Of a stretch of 64,000 nucleotides of DNA, positions 27,740 to 41,300 are shown one piece after another (positions within the stretch are counted from its first letter, which is position 1; every line of letters begins with the position of its first letter). Source of the stretch: Eledone cirrhosa (taxonomy: Eukaryota); contig OZ024742.1 in the NCBI GenBank assembly GCA_964016885.1, positions 6,386,001 to 6,450,000 of the forward strand. The letters run 5' to 3'. A program made the translations under genes and the position numbers. The notes below the pieces were generated by a model that worked only from the letters and a program-made list of their open reading frames with translations, did not search any database and was not told the origin of the DNA.

Positions 27740-28200
27740 TCTAATGTGTTTTCCTATTTCTGCAGGACTCAGCTTCATATTTCTTATTTTCCAACGATTC
27801 TTCGTTGATTATTGCTGTAGCTATTGTTGCTGGAGCCAATGTATATACCAGTGGAATTTTGGAGATATCTGTAAACATCAGTAGATTATATTTATATATT
27901 TATATTTTCTTAGGATAAATATGAAAGTTAAATTTTGAGATAAGAATTAGAAATTATACAAAAAGAAAATAAAAGAAAAAAATGAAGACAGATTATAAAA
28001 AAGAAATTCTTTGAAACAAAAGTTAAATTATTTGTTTAAATCTTGCTCCAAAAAATATAAGCCGATTTGAAGCCGATTATATAAAATCTATCTACTACAA
28101 CTTTATAAAGATCTCTTATTTGTTTTGCAGCACTATCATCTGAGTAGTTGTCAATAGTATACATCTTATGTGCCATTGGTGCAAATATGTGACTTAAACC
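27740..28200 (-). pseudogene. Possible decayed macrodomain-like exons
   Basis: LSHIFAPM...[24 protein letters not shown] (28200-28040); after an AT-rich intron-like gap and a TTTACAG acceptor, STGIY (27855-27841) then, in another frame, TLAPATIATAIINE; resembles macrodomain KSIAFPAISTGIYG. Confidence 0.3.
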
Positions 28201-28215
28201 TAACGTATACTTACA

Positions 28216-28366
<151 letters not shown>

Positions 28367-28404
28367 TTGCAAGTATATAATGGTGGCAGTTCACTCGATA
28401 CATG

Positions 28405-28590
28405 TAGAGTTGGAAGGTGATAATATATATATGCTTAGGATTGTATAAAACATTAACTGGCGTCAATGTATTACTAATGAATGTTTATATGGAAACTTGC
28501 CCAAGATAAAAAGTACAATTGCTGAAGGACGGTTACATTGCTTGAGAAATAAGCAGGAAGTTATACACAAGTTACTATTGTGGGGTAAAC
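28405..28590 (+). mobile_element. Non-LTR retrotransposon fragment (region C-terminal to RT; RTE/RTE-X-like)
   Basis: Translation [37 protein letters not shown]...HCLRNKQEVIHKLLLW matches the MLR..LNISW...TN..LYG.LP...GHC pattern. Confidence 0.7.
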
Positions 28591-28675
28591 GAACTCAAAG
28601 GAGATGCAGTAGCGGATATTATACAGAAGTTACTATTGCGGGGTGAACCAACTCAAAGGAGATGCAGTAGAGGAA
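28561..28675 (+). repeat. 58-bp tandem duplication at the junction of two LINE fragments
   Basis: TTATACA(C/G)AAGTTACTATTG...AACTCAAAGGAGATGCAGTAG occurs at 28561 and 28619. Confidence 0.9.
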
Positions 28676-29040
28676 GACCTTCTTGAACCTTCATCGATCC
28701 ACTCTCAGACGATACAAACCTCAGAATGAGGCAGTTGCCAGGAGTAATGGAAAATCGTGAATTGTGCAGAGACTTTGTTAGGAATTGGCGACTCACAGAG
28801 CAAATCGTCAATTCCTATCAAATGTTTAAACTGTGCGGTCATATGAAAAGAGCAACTCGTGGTGTGAGTAAGTTATGCCAAGAAGGAAAGTTGGCTGGTA
28901 AGAGAAGCAGAGATCGGCAACCAAAACGATGGCTTGATAATTCAACTTATGGACTAGACTTGACCTTTCCTCTTTAAACCCTGCTGTTGATGATCGAACT
29001 TTGTGGAGAAAAATATCTCATGATGCGCAGTCGGCAATTG
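28676..29040 (+). mobile_element. RTE-clade LINE 3' fragment
   Basis: ORF 28726-28977 contains KLCGHMKR...EGKLAGKRSRDRQPKRWLDN, matching the RTE GH..R...EGKI.GKR.RGR..KRW.D motif. Confidence 0.75.
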
Positions 29041-29354
29041 GCAGAGTTTAGCGTTTGGAAAGAGTTTTTAGGAATGTTCGACTGTGGTCGCAATGACGAT
29101 GATATATATATTGAATTTCAAAGTTAGAAGCATCAACGTTGTTTGTGTATGAAAAATAGTCTAATAATTTGGGCATATATATCCAGGAGACGGAAATAAT
29201 ATGTACAGCACTGTTCATGGGACGATGTAACATTACATCTCCAGGGTGTATTTGACCAAATTTTTTAAAATATGTTTTATAGACAAACAACACTGATGCC
29301 CCAAACTTTCAAATTCAAAACTTCCTGTAGCTCATCAGTTCTAAAAATAGATTG

Positions 29355-29408
<54 letters not shown>

Positions 29409-29740
29409 AGTCAACATTTCATAATTTACTTCTTTTATTACCGTTATATATATATTTCGGTGATAGCCACAATTCAACAGCTATGACCTCTTCAGACAGT
29501 TAGAAGCAACATATAGAAATCATAAAGTTTTCCTTTGAGAAAAAATGATATCAGAGAAATATATATATATGAGATCTTTAATATATCTCACATAAAATAA
29601 TACAGCCAATTATCCACACAATACAATATAGTTAGCACTCCAAACGTTTAATTGGGAATATACTCCGGTATTTCTTAATGTTTGTTGAGTGAGTTGGAAA
29701 TTGGTCGGAGTATCGCTAATAGCTTTCTCCGTTTATGTAG

Positions 29741-29741
<1 letters not shown>

Positions 29742-29812
<71 letters not shown>
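29742..29812. repeat. (TA)n microsatellite
   Basis: Directly visible. Confidence 0.95.
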
Positions 29813-29818
<6 letters not shown>

Positions 29819-29959
29819 GAGTTAAACAAGATTCAATGAGTACATCAAAGAATGAGTTTTACAGTAGATTGGAAGCACTCCACAGAAAATATTTTCCAGA
29901 GTTATTAATATTAAAATACAAATATTAATAAAATAGATGTTCTTTTGATCAATAACATT

Positions 29960-30008
29960 TTATTATACATATTTCCGATGTACAACAGTACGTCCTCATC
30001 AGACAAAA
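29960..30008 (-). ncRNA. Hammerhead ribozyme-like motif (degenerate, minimal type I)
   Basis: Minus strand reads CTGATGA-GGACGTAC-TGTT-GTACATCG-GAAA; stems I and III unclear. Confidence 0.45.
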
Positions 30009-31216
30009 TATAATGATACATGACATACCCTGAGATGTTAAATGGTTAAGATTTAATCAAGGTAGTGATTAACCTATGAGAAAACTCTACATTTATACCC
30101 TAATAATGAGAAAATGCGAAAACGTAATAAATTCAATAGAGAATGTATGAGTAAGAAAAACGTTGCTTAATGTAACAGTTATAGAGATTTAAAATGTGGG
30201 ATACTACAAATTATGGTTATCGAGGAAGACATCTCTGGAATTATAATTTTATTACAGTTTATGAAGACAACTGATATATTCTTAAAGAGAGGGAGAAATA
30301 AAGGTGGTTAATTTATGCAGAAAAAATGTTTCCCCTTAAGGATTAAACGGTTAAGTTTCAAAATATTTAATTTATGTTATTTAAGGGTGAAGAATCAAAA
30401 TTTTGAGTTTTTAAAACTTGATGGTTATTTATATTTATTAATTTTATAAATTGAATGAATTTTTTTTAAAGTGTTACATTTCTAAAATTCTGAATTTAAT
30501 GAAAATAAAGTTAAAGGATTTACTTGGCCCACGAAAGAAAAAATTACACTGTTGAATATTGACTTAAAATGTAATCATTAACAAAAATTACCTGTAAGAG
30601 TGTTGACACCGAAAATGTTGATACTCTTACAGGTAAATTTTGATAATGATTACATTTTAAGTCAATATTCAACAGTGTAATTTTTTCTTTCGTGGGCCAA
30701 GTAAATCCTTTAACTTTGTTTTCATTAAATTCAGAATTTTAGAAATGTAACACTTTAAAAAAAATTCATTCAATTTATAAATTTAATAAATATAAATAAC
30801 CATCAAGTTTTAAAAACTCAAAATTTTGATTCTTCACCCTTAAATAACATAAATTAAATATTTTGAAACTTAACCGTTTAATCCTTAAGGGGAAACATTT
30901 TTTCTGCATAAATTAACCACCTTTATCTCTCCCTCTCTTTAAGCATATATCAGTTGCCTTCATAAACTGTAATAAAATTATAATTCCAGAGATGTCTTCC
31001 TCGATAACCATAATTTGTAGTATCCCACATTTTAAAATCTCTATAACTGTTACATTAAGCAACGTTTTTCTTACTCATACATTCTCTATTGAATTTTTTA
31101 CGTTTTCGCATTTTCTCATTATTAGGGTATAAATGTAGAGTTTTCTCATAGGTTAATCACTACCTTGATTAAATCTTAACCATTTAACATCTCAGGGTAT
31201 GTCATGTATCATTATA

Positions 31217-31265
31217 TTTTGTCTGATGAGGACGTACTGTTGTACCTCTGAAATATGTATAATAA
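31217..31265 (+). ncRNA. Hammerhead ribozyme-like motif (degenerate, minimal type I)
   Basis: CTGATGA (31223-31229), hairpin GGACGTAC-TGTT-GTACCTCT, GAAA (31250-31253). Confidence 0.45.
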
Positions 31266-31308
31266 AATTTAATTGATCAAAAGAACATCTATTTTATTAA
31301 TATTTGTA

Positions 31309-31428
<120 letters not shown>

Positions 31429-31551
31429 GTGTATGGTAGTGGTCGGACGCAGAGAAAGAAATATTTATTACAAGAAAACCAGGCTGGTTATAATAGAATG
31501 AGATGTAGAAGAGTTAGTATAATATGGAAATATAGAAAACATAATATCTAT

Positions 31552-31583
<32 letters not shown>

Positions 31584-31611
31584 ATTTCGATACGAAACAA
31601 AATATATTAGT

Positions 31612-31808
31612 AATAATAATTGTTTCTACTTTTGGCACAAGGCCAGCAAAAGATCCAGTGCATTACTGGTACTTTATTTTATCGACCCCGTAAGGATGAA
31701 AGGCAAAGTTAACCTCGGCGGGATTTGAACTCAGACCATAAAGGGCCGTGGCTCTATGCTGTAAAGCATGGTGTTCGACGCGCTACCGATTCTGCCAGTC
31801 TACCACCT
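31612..31808 (-). mobile_element. tRNA-derived SINE (Octopus-type), with Pol III head
   Basis: Minus strand has A-box-like TGGCAGAATCGG, B-box GAGTTCAAATCC, core TTTGCCTTTCATCC...GGGGTCGATAAAATAAAGTACCAGT and (ATT)n tail. Confidence 0.85.
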
Positions 31809-31814
31809 ATATTA

Positions 31815-31928
31815 GTAATAATAATAATAATGGTTTCTGATTTAGGCACAAGGCCAGCAATTTTGGGGGAGGAGAAAGTCGTTTAAATCGACCCCGGTGC
31901 ATTACTGGTACTTTATCTTATCAACCCA
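31815..31928 (-). mobile_element. SINE 3' fragment
   Basis: GGCACAAGGCCAGCAATTTT...ATCGACCCC...ACTGGTACTTTAT; same family as neighbours. Confidence 0.8.
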
Positions 31929-31939
31929 TAAGTATAAAC

Positions 31940-32032
31940 TAAAATACCAGTAACACACTGGGGTTGATTTACTTGATTTTACCCTTCCGCAAAATTGCTG
32001 GCCTTGTGCCTAAAGTAGAAACAATTATTACT
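31940..32032 (+). mobile_element. SINE 3' fragment (inverted partner of 31815-31928)
   Basis: TACCAGTAAC...GGGGTTGATT...AAAATTGCTGGCCTTGTGCC...AGAAACAATTATT. Confidence 0.8.
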
Positions 32033-32033
32033 A

Positions 32034-32215
32034 GGATTGGCAGTATCGGTACAGCGTCAGACACCATGCTTTGTAGCATAGTTACGGCCCTTTACATGAG
32101 TTCAAATCCCGCCAACGTTAACTTTGCCTTTTATCCCTACGGGGTCGATAAAATAAAGTACCAGTAATACAATGGGGTAATTGCTGGCCTTGTACCAAGT
32201 AGAAACAATTATTAC
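32034..32215 (+). mobile_element. tRNA-derived SINE with Pol III head
   Basis: A-box-like TGGCAGTATCGG 32038-32049, B-box GAGTTCAAATCC 32098-32109, conserved core, ATT tail. Confidence 0.85.
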
Positions 32216-32383
32216 TAATATTCTTTCTGTTTCGTATAGTAATATTAAGGAAACAGATTTGTAGGTAAAAATAAAGTAGAAAGGAAGATAAAGAACCATA
32301 ATTTCATGGAAAGGTTTCTTTGTGGTAAATACGAAATAAGACTTAATTGAAAGTGAGACAATAACAAAACAACAACAAAACGA

Positions 32384-35300
32384 CAACAGAAAACAACAGA
32401 AAATAACAGAAAATAACAGAAAACAACAGAAAACAAAAGAAAACAACAGGAGATAATAGGAAACAACAGAAAACAACAGAAAACAACAGGAAATAACAGA
32501 AAATAACAGAAAACAACAGAAAACAACAGGAAACAACAGAAAATAACAGAAAACAACAGAAAACAAAAGAAAACGACAGAAAATAACAGAAAACAACAGA
32601 AAACAAAAGAAAACAACAGAAAATAACAGAAAACAAGAGAAAATAACAGAAAACAACAGAAAATAACAGCAAACAACAGAAAACAAAAGAAAACAACAGA
32701 AAATAACAGAAAACAACAGAAAACAAAAGAAACCAACAGAAAATAACAGAAAACAACAGAAAACAACAGAAAACAACAGAAAATAACAGAAAACAACAGA
32801 AAACAACAGGAAACAACAGAAAATAACAGAAAACAACAGAAAACAAAAGAAAACAACAGAAAATAACAGAAAATAACAGAAAACAACAGAAAACAAAAGA
32901 AAACAACAGAAAATAACAGAAAACAACAGAAAACAAAAGAAAACAACAGAAAATAACAGAAAACAACAGAAAACAACAGGAAACAACAGAAAATAACAGA
33001 AAACAACAGAAAACAAAAGAAAACAACAGAAAATAACAGAAAATAACAGAAAACAAAAGAAAACAAAATAAAACAACAGAAAATAACAGAAAACAACAGA
33101 AAACAACAGGAAACAACAGAAAATAACAGAAAACAACAGAAAACAAAAGAAAACAACAGAAAATAACAGAAAATAACAGAAAACAACAGAAAACAAAAGA
33201 AAACAACAGAAAATAACAGAAAACAACAGAAAACAAAAGAAAACAACAGAAAATAACAGAAAACAACAGAAAACAACAGAAAATAACAGAAAACAACAGA
33301 AAACAAAAGAAAACAACAGAAAATAACAGAAAATAACAGAAAACAACAGAAAATAACAGAAAACAACAGAAAACAAAAGAAAACAACAGAAAACAACAGA
33401 AAACAAAAGAAAACAACAGAAACTAACAGAACACAACAGAAAACAAAAGAAAACAAAAGAAAACAACAGAAAATAACAGAAAACAAAAGAAAACAAAAGA
33501 AAACAACAGAAAATAACAGAAAACAACAGAAAACAAAAGAAAACAACAGAAAATAACAGAAAACAACAGAAAACAAAAGAAAACAACAGAAAATAACAGA
33601 AAACAACAGAAAACAGAAAATAACTGGAAACAACAGAAAACAAAAGAAAACAACGGAAAATAACAGAAAATAACAAAAAACAACAGAAAACAAAAGAAAA
33701 TAACAGAAAATAACAGAAAACAACAGAAAACAAAAGAAAACAACAGAAAATAACAGAAAACAACAGAAAACAACAGGAAACAACAGAAAATAACAGAAAA
33801 CAACAGAAAACAACAGGAAACAACAGAAAATAACAGAAAACAACAGAAAACAAAAGAAAACAACAGAAAATAACAGAAAATAACAGAAAACAACAGAAAA
33901 CAAAAGAAAACAACAGAAAATAACAGAAAACAACAGAAAACAAAAGAAAACAACAGAAAATAACAGAAAACAGCAGAAAACAACAGGAACAACAGAAAAT
34001 AACAGAAAACAACAGAAAACAAAAGAAAACAACAGAAAATAACAGAAAACAACAGAAAACAAAAGAAAACAACAGAAAAAACAGAAAACAACAGAAAACA
34101 AAAGAAAACAACAGAAAATAACAGAAAACAACAGAAAACAACAGGAAACAACAGAAAATAACAGAAAACAACAGAAAACAAAAGAAAACAACAGAAAATA
34201 ACAGAAAATAACAGAAAACAAAAGAAAACAACAGAAAATAACAGAAAACAACAGAAAACAAAAGAAAACAACAGAAAATAACAGAAAACAACAGAAAACA
34301 AAAGAAAACAACAGAAAATAACAGAAAATAACAGAAAACAACAGAAAACAAAAGAAAATAACAGAAAACAACAGAAAACAAAAGAAAACAACAGAAAATA
34401 ACAGAAAACAACAGAAAACAAAAGAAATCAACAGAAAATAACAGAAAACAACAGAAAACAAAAGAAAACAACAGAAAAAAACAGAAAACAACAGAAAACA
34501 AAAGAAAACAAAAGAAAAAAAACAGAAAACAACAGAAAACAAAAGAATACAACAGAAAATAACAGAAAACAACAGAAAACAACAGGAAACAACAGAAAAT
34601 AACAGAAAACAAAAGAAAACAAAAGAAAACAACAGAAAATAACAGAAAACAACAGAAAACAAAAGAAAACAACAGAAAATAACAGAAAACAACAGAAAAC
34701 AAAAGAAAACAACAGATAATAACAGAAAATAACAGAAAACAACAGAAAACAAAAGAAAATAACAGAAAACAACAGAAAACAAAAGAAAACAACAGAAAAT
34801 AACAGAAAACAACAGAAAACAAAAGAAAACAACAGAAAATAACAGAAAACAACAGAAAACAACAGGAAACAACAGAAAATAACAGAAAACAACAGAAAAC
34901 AAAAGAAAACAACAGAAAATAACAGAAAACAACAGAAAACAAAAGAAAACAACAGAAAAAAACAGAAAACAACAGAAAACAAAAGAAAACAACAGAAAAC
35001 AACAGAAAACAACAGAAAACAAAAGAAAACAACAGAAAATAACAGAAAACAACAGAAAACAGAAAATAACAGGAAACAACAGAAAACAAAAGAAAACAAC
35101 AGAAAATAAAAAAAAAAAACAGAAAACAAAAGAAAATAACAGAAAATAACAGAAAACAACAGAAAACAAAAGAAAACAACAGAAAATAACAGAAAACAAC
35201 AGAAAACAACAGGAAACAACAGAAAATACAGAAAACAACAGAAAACAACAGGAACAACAAGAAAATAACAGAAAACAACAGAAACAAAAGAAAACAACAG

Positions 35301-38300
35301 AAAATAACAGAAAATAACAGAAAACAACAGAAAACAAAAGAAAACACAGAAAATAACAGAAAACAACAGGAAACAAAAGAAAACAACAGAAAATAACAGA
35401 AAACAGCAGAAAACAACAGGAAACAACAGAAAATAACAGAAAACAACAGAAAACAAAAGAAAACAACAGAAAATAACAGAAAACAACAGAAAACAAAAGA
35501 AAACAACAGCAAAAAACAGAAAACAACAGAAAACAAAAGAAAACAACAGAAAATAACAGAAAACAACAGAAAACAACAGGAAACAACAGAAAATAACAGA
35601 AAACAACAGAAAACAAAAGAAAACAACAGAAAATAACAGAAAATAACAGAAAACAAAAGAAAACAAAAGAAAACAACAGAAAATAACAGAAAACAACAGA
35701 AAACAAAAGAAAACAACAGAAAATAACAGAAAACAACAGAAAACAAAAGAAAATAACAGAAAATAACAGAAAACAACAGAAAACAAAAGAAAACAACAGA
35801 AAATAACAGAAAATAACAGAAAACAACAGAAAACAAAAGAAAACAACAAAAAACAACAGAAAACAAAAGAAAACAACAGAAAACAACAGAAAACAACAGA
35901 AAACAACAGAAAACAACAGAAAACAACAGAAAACAAAAGAAAACAACAGAAAACAACAGAAAATAACAAAAAACAACAGAAAACAAAAGAAAACAACAGA
36001 AAACAAAAGAAAACAACAGAAAACAACACAAAACAACAGAAAACAAAAGAAAACAACAGAAAACAAAAGAAAACAACAGAAAACAACACAAAACAACAGA
36101 AAACAAAAGAAAACAACAGAAAACAAAAGAAAACAACAGAATACAACAGAAAACAACAGAAAACAACAGAAAACAAAAGAAAACAACAGAAAACAACAGA
36201 AAAAAAAGAAAACAACAGAAAACAACAGAAAACAAAAGAAAACAACAGAAAACAACAGAAAATAACAGAAAACAACAGAAAACAACAGAGAACAACAGAA
36301 AACAAAAGAAAAGAACAGAAAATAACAGAAAACAACAGAAAACAACAGAAAACAAAAGAAAACAACAGAAAACAACAGAAAACAAAAGAAAACAACAGAA
36401 AACAACAGAAAACAAAAGAAAATAACAGAAAATAACAGAAAACAACAGAAAACAAAAGAAAATAACAGAAAACAACTGAAAACAAAAGAAAACAACAGAA
36501 AATAACAGAAAATAACAGAAAACAACAGAAAACAAAAGAAAATAACAGAAAACAACAGAAAACAAAAGAAAACAACAGAAAATAACAGAAAACAACAGAA
36601 AACAAAAGAAAACAACAGAAAATAACAGAAAACAACAGAAAACAACAGATAATAACAGGAAACAACAGAAAACAAAAGAAAACAACAGAAAATAACAGAA
36701 AATAACAGAAAACAACAGAAAACAAAAGAAAATAACAGAAAATAACAGAAAACAACAGAAAACAAAAGAAAATAACAGAAAACAACAGAAAACAAAAGAA
36801 AAGAACAGAAAATAACAGAAAATAACAGAAAACAACAGAAAACAAAAGAATATAACAGAAAACAACAGAAAACAAAAGAAAACAACAGAAAACAACAGAA
36901 AATAACAGAAAACAACAGAAAACAAAAGAAAACAACAGAAAATAACAGAAAATAACAGAAAACAACACAAAACAAAAGAAAATAACAGAAAACAACAGGA
37001 AACAACAGAAAATAACAGAAAATAACAGAAAACAACAGAAAATAACAGGAAACAACAGAAAACAAAAGAAAATAACAGAAAACAACAGAAAACAACAGAA
37101 AATAACAGAAAATAACAGAAAACAACAGAAAATAACAGAAAACAACAGAAAACAAAAGAAAATAACAGAAAACAACAGAAAATAACAGAAAACAACAGAA
37201 AATAACAGAAAACAACAGAAAATAACAGAAAACAACAGAAAACAAAAGAAAACAACAGAAAACAACAGAAAACAACAGAAAACAAAAGAAAACAACAGAA
37301 AACAACAGAAAACAACAGAAAACAACAGAAAACAACAGAAAACAAAAGAAAACAACAGAAAACAACAGAAAACAACAGAAAACAACAGAAAACAACAGAA
37401 AACAAAAGAAAACAACAGAAAATAACAGAAAACAACAGAAAACAACAGAAAACAAAAGAAAACAACAGAAAACAACAGAAAACAACAGAAAACAACAGAA
37501 AACAACAGAAAATAACAGAAAACAACAGAAAACAACAGAAAACAAAAGAAAACAACAGAAAACAACAGAAAACAAAAGAAAACAACAGAAAATAACAGAA
37601 AATAACAGAAAACAACAGAAAACAAAAGAAAGTAACAGAAAATAACAGAAAACAACAGAAAACAAAAGAAAATAACAGAAAACAACAGAAAACAAAAGAA
37701 AACAACAGAAAATAACAGAAAATAACAGAATACAACAGAAAACAAAAGAAAATAACAGAAAACAACAGAAAACAAAAGAAAACAACAGAAAATAACAGAA
37801 AATAACAGAAAACAACAGAAAACAACAGAAAACAAAAGAAAATAACAGAAAACAACAGAAAACAAAAGAAAACAACAGAAAATAACAGAAAACAACAGAA
37901 AACAAAAGAAAACAACAGAAAATAACAGGAAACAACAGAAAACAAAAGAAAACAACAGAAAATAACAGAAAACAACAGAAAACAAAAGAAAACAACAGAA
38001 AATAACAGAAAACAACAGAAAACAAAAGAAAACAACAAAAAATAACAGAAAATAACAGAAAACAACAGAAAATAACAGAAAACAACAGAAAACAAAAGAA
38101 AACAACAGAAAATAACAGAAAATAACAGAAAACAAAAGAAAATAACAGAAAACAACAGAAAACAACAGAAAACAAAAGAAAACAACAGAAAACAACAGGA
38201 AACAGCAGAAAACAACAGGAAACAACAGAAAACAAAAGAAAACAACAGAAAATAACAGAAAATAACAGAAAATAACAGAAAACAAAAGAAAATAACAGAA

Positions 38301-41300
38301 AACAACAGAAAACAAAAGAAAACAACAGAAAATAACAGAAAACAACAGAAAATAACAGAAAATAACAGAAAACAACAGAAAATAACAGAAAGCAACAGGA
38401 AACAACAGAAAATAACAGAAAACAACAGAAAACAACAGAAAACAACAGAAAACAACAGAAAACAAAAGAAAACAACAGAAAATAACAGAAAACAACAGAA
38501 AATAACAGAAAACAACAGGAAACAACAGAAAATAACAGAAAACAACAGGAAACAACAGAAAATAACAGAAAATAACAGAAAACAACAGAAAATAACAGAA
38601 AACAACAGAAAACAAAAGAAAATAACAGAAAACAACAGAAAACAACAGAAAACAAAAGAAAACAACAGAAAACAACAGAAAATAACAGAAAACAACAGAA
38701 AACAAAAGAAAACAACAGAAAACAACAGAAAACAACAGAAAACCCAAGAAAACAACAGAAAACAACAGAAAACAAAAGAAAACAAAAGAAAACAACAGAA
38801 AACAACAGAAAACAACAGAAAACAAAAGAAAACAACAGAAAACAACAGAAAATAACAGAAAACAATAGAAAACAAAAGAAAACAACAGAAAACAACAGAA
38901 AACAACAGAAAACAACAGAAAACAAAAGAAAACAACAGAAAATAACAGAAAATAACAGAAAACAACAGAAAACAAAAGAAAGTAACAGAAAATAACAGAA
39001 AACAACAGAAAACAAAAGAAAATAACAGAAAACAACAGAAAACAAAAGAAAACAACAGAAAATAACAGAAAATAACAGAATACAACAGAAAACAAAAGAA
39101 AATAACAGAAAACAACAGAAAACAAAAGAAAACAACAGAAAATAACAGAAAATAACAGAAAACAACAGAAAACAACAGAAAACAAAAGAAAATAACAGAA
39201 AACAACAGAAAACAAAAGAAAACAACAGAAAATAACAGAAAACAACAGAAAACAAAAGAAAACAACAGAAAATAACAGGAAACAACAGAAAACAAAAGAA
39301 AACAACAGAAAATAACAGAAAACAACAGAAAACAAAAGAAAACAACAGAAAATAACAGAAAACAACAGAAAACAAAAGAAAACAACAGAAAATAACAGAA
39401 AACAACAGAAAACAACAGAAAATAACAGAAAACAACAGAAAACAAAAGAAAACAACAGAAAATAACAGAAAATAACAGAAAACAACAGAAAACAAAAGAA
39501 AATAACAGAAAACAACAGAAAACAACAGAAAACAAAAGAAAACAACAGAAAATAACAGAAAACAACAGAAAACAACAGGAAACAGCAGAAAACAACAGGA
39601 AACAACAGAAAACAAAAGAAAACAACAGATAATAACAGAAAATAACAGAAAACAACAGAAAACAAAAGAAAATAACAGAAAACAACAGAAAACAAAAGAA
39701 AACAACAGAAAATAACAGAAAACAACAGAAAATAACAGAAAATAACAGAAAACAACAGAAAATAACAGAAAACAACAGGAAACAACAGAAAATAACAGAA
39801 AACAACAGAAAACAACAGAAAACAACAGAAAACAACAGAAAACAAAAGAAAACAACAGAAAATAACAGAAAACAACAGAAAATAACAGAAAACAACAGAA
39901 AACAACAGAAAACAACAGAAAACCCAAGAAAACAACAGAAAACAACAGAAAACAAAAGAAAACAAAAGAAAACAACAGAAAACAACAGAAAACAACAGAA
40001 AACAAAAGAAAACAACAGAAAACAACAGAAAATAACAGAAAACAATAGAAAACAAAAGAAAACAACAGAAACAAAAGAAAACAACAGAAAACAACAGAAA
40101 ACAACAGAAAACAAAAGAAAACAACAGAAAATAACAGAAAACAACAGAAAACAACAGAAAACAAAAGAAAACAAAAGAAAACAACAGAAAACAACAGAAA
40201 ATAACAGAAAACAATAGAAAACAACAGAAAACAAAAGAAAACAACAGAAAACAAAAGAAAACAACAGAAAATAACAGAAAACAACAGAAAACAACAGAAA
40301 ACAAAAGAAAACAAAAGAAAACAACAGAAAACAACAGAAAACGAAAGAAAACAACAGAAAATAACAGAAAACAACAGAAAACAAAAGAAAACAACAGAAA
40401 ACAAAAGAAAACAACAGAAAATAACAGAAAACAACAGAAAACAACAGAAAACAAAAGAAAACAACAGAAAACAACAGAAAACAAAAGAAAACAACAGAAA
40501 ACAATAGAAAACAAAAGAAAACAACAGAAAACAACAGAAAACAAAAGAAAACAACAGAAAACAACAGAAAACAAAAGAAAACAAAAGAAAACAACAGAAA
40601 ACAACAGAAAACAAAAGAAAACAAAAGAAAACAACAGAAAACAACAGAAACAACAGAAAACAAAAGAAAACAAAAGAAAACAACAGAAAACAACAGAAAA
40701 CAAAAGAAAACAACAGAAAACAACAGAAAACAACAGAAAACAACAGAAAACAACAGAAAACAACAGAAAACAAAAGAAAACAAAAGAAAACAACAGAAAA
40801 CAACAGAAAACAAAAGAAAAAAACAGAAAACAAAAGAAAACAACAGAAAACAACAGAAAACTACAGAAAACAACAGAAAACAACAGAAAACGACAGAAAA
40901 CAAAAGAAAACAACAGAAAACAACAGAAAACAACAGAAAACAACAGAAAACAACAGAAAACAAAAGAAAACACAAGAAAAAAAACAGAAAACAAAAGAAA
41001 ACAACAGAAAACAACAGAAAACAACAGAAAACAACAGAAAACAACAGAAAATAACAGAAAACAAAAGAAAACAACAGAAAACAACAGAAAACAAAAGAAA
41101 ATAACAGAAAATAACAGAAAACAACAGAAAACAAAAGAAAATAACAGAAAACAACAGAAAAGAAAACAACAGAAAATAACAGAAAATAACAGAAAACAAC
41201 AGAAAACAAAAGAAAATAACAGAAAACAACAGAAAACAAAAGAAAACAACAGAAAACAAAAGAAAACAACAGAAAATAACAGAAAACAACAGAAAACAAC

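Noticed and set aside
31612-32215. tRNA genes
   Set aside because: A/B boxes belong to SINE heads; no cloverleaf evident
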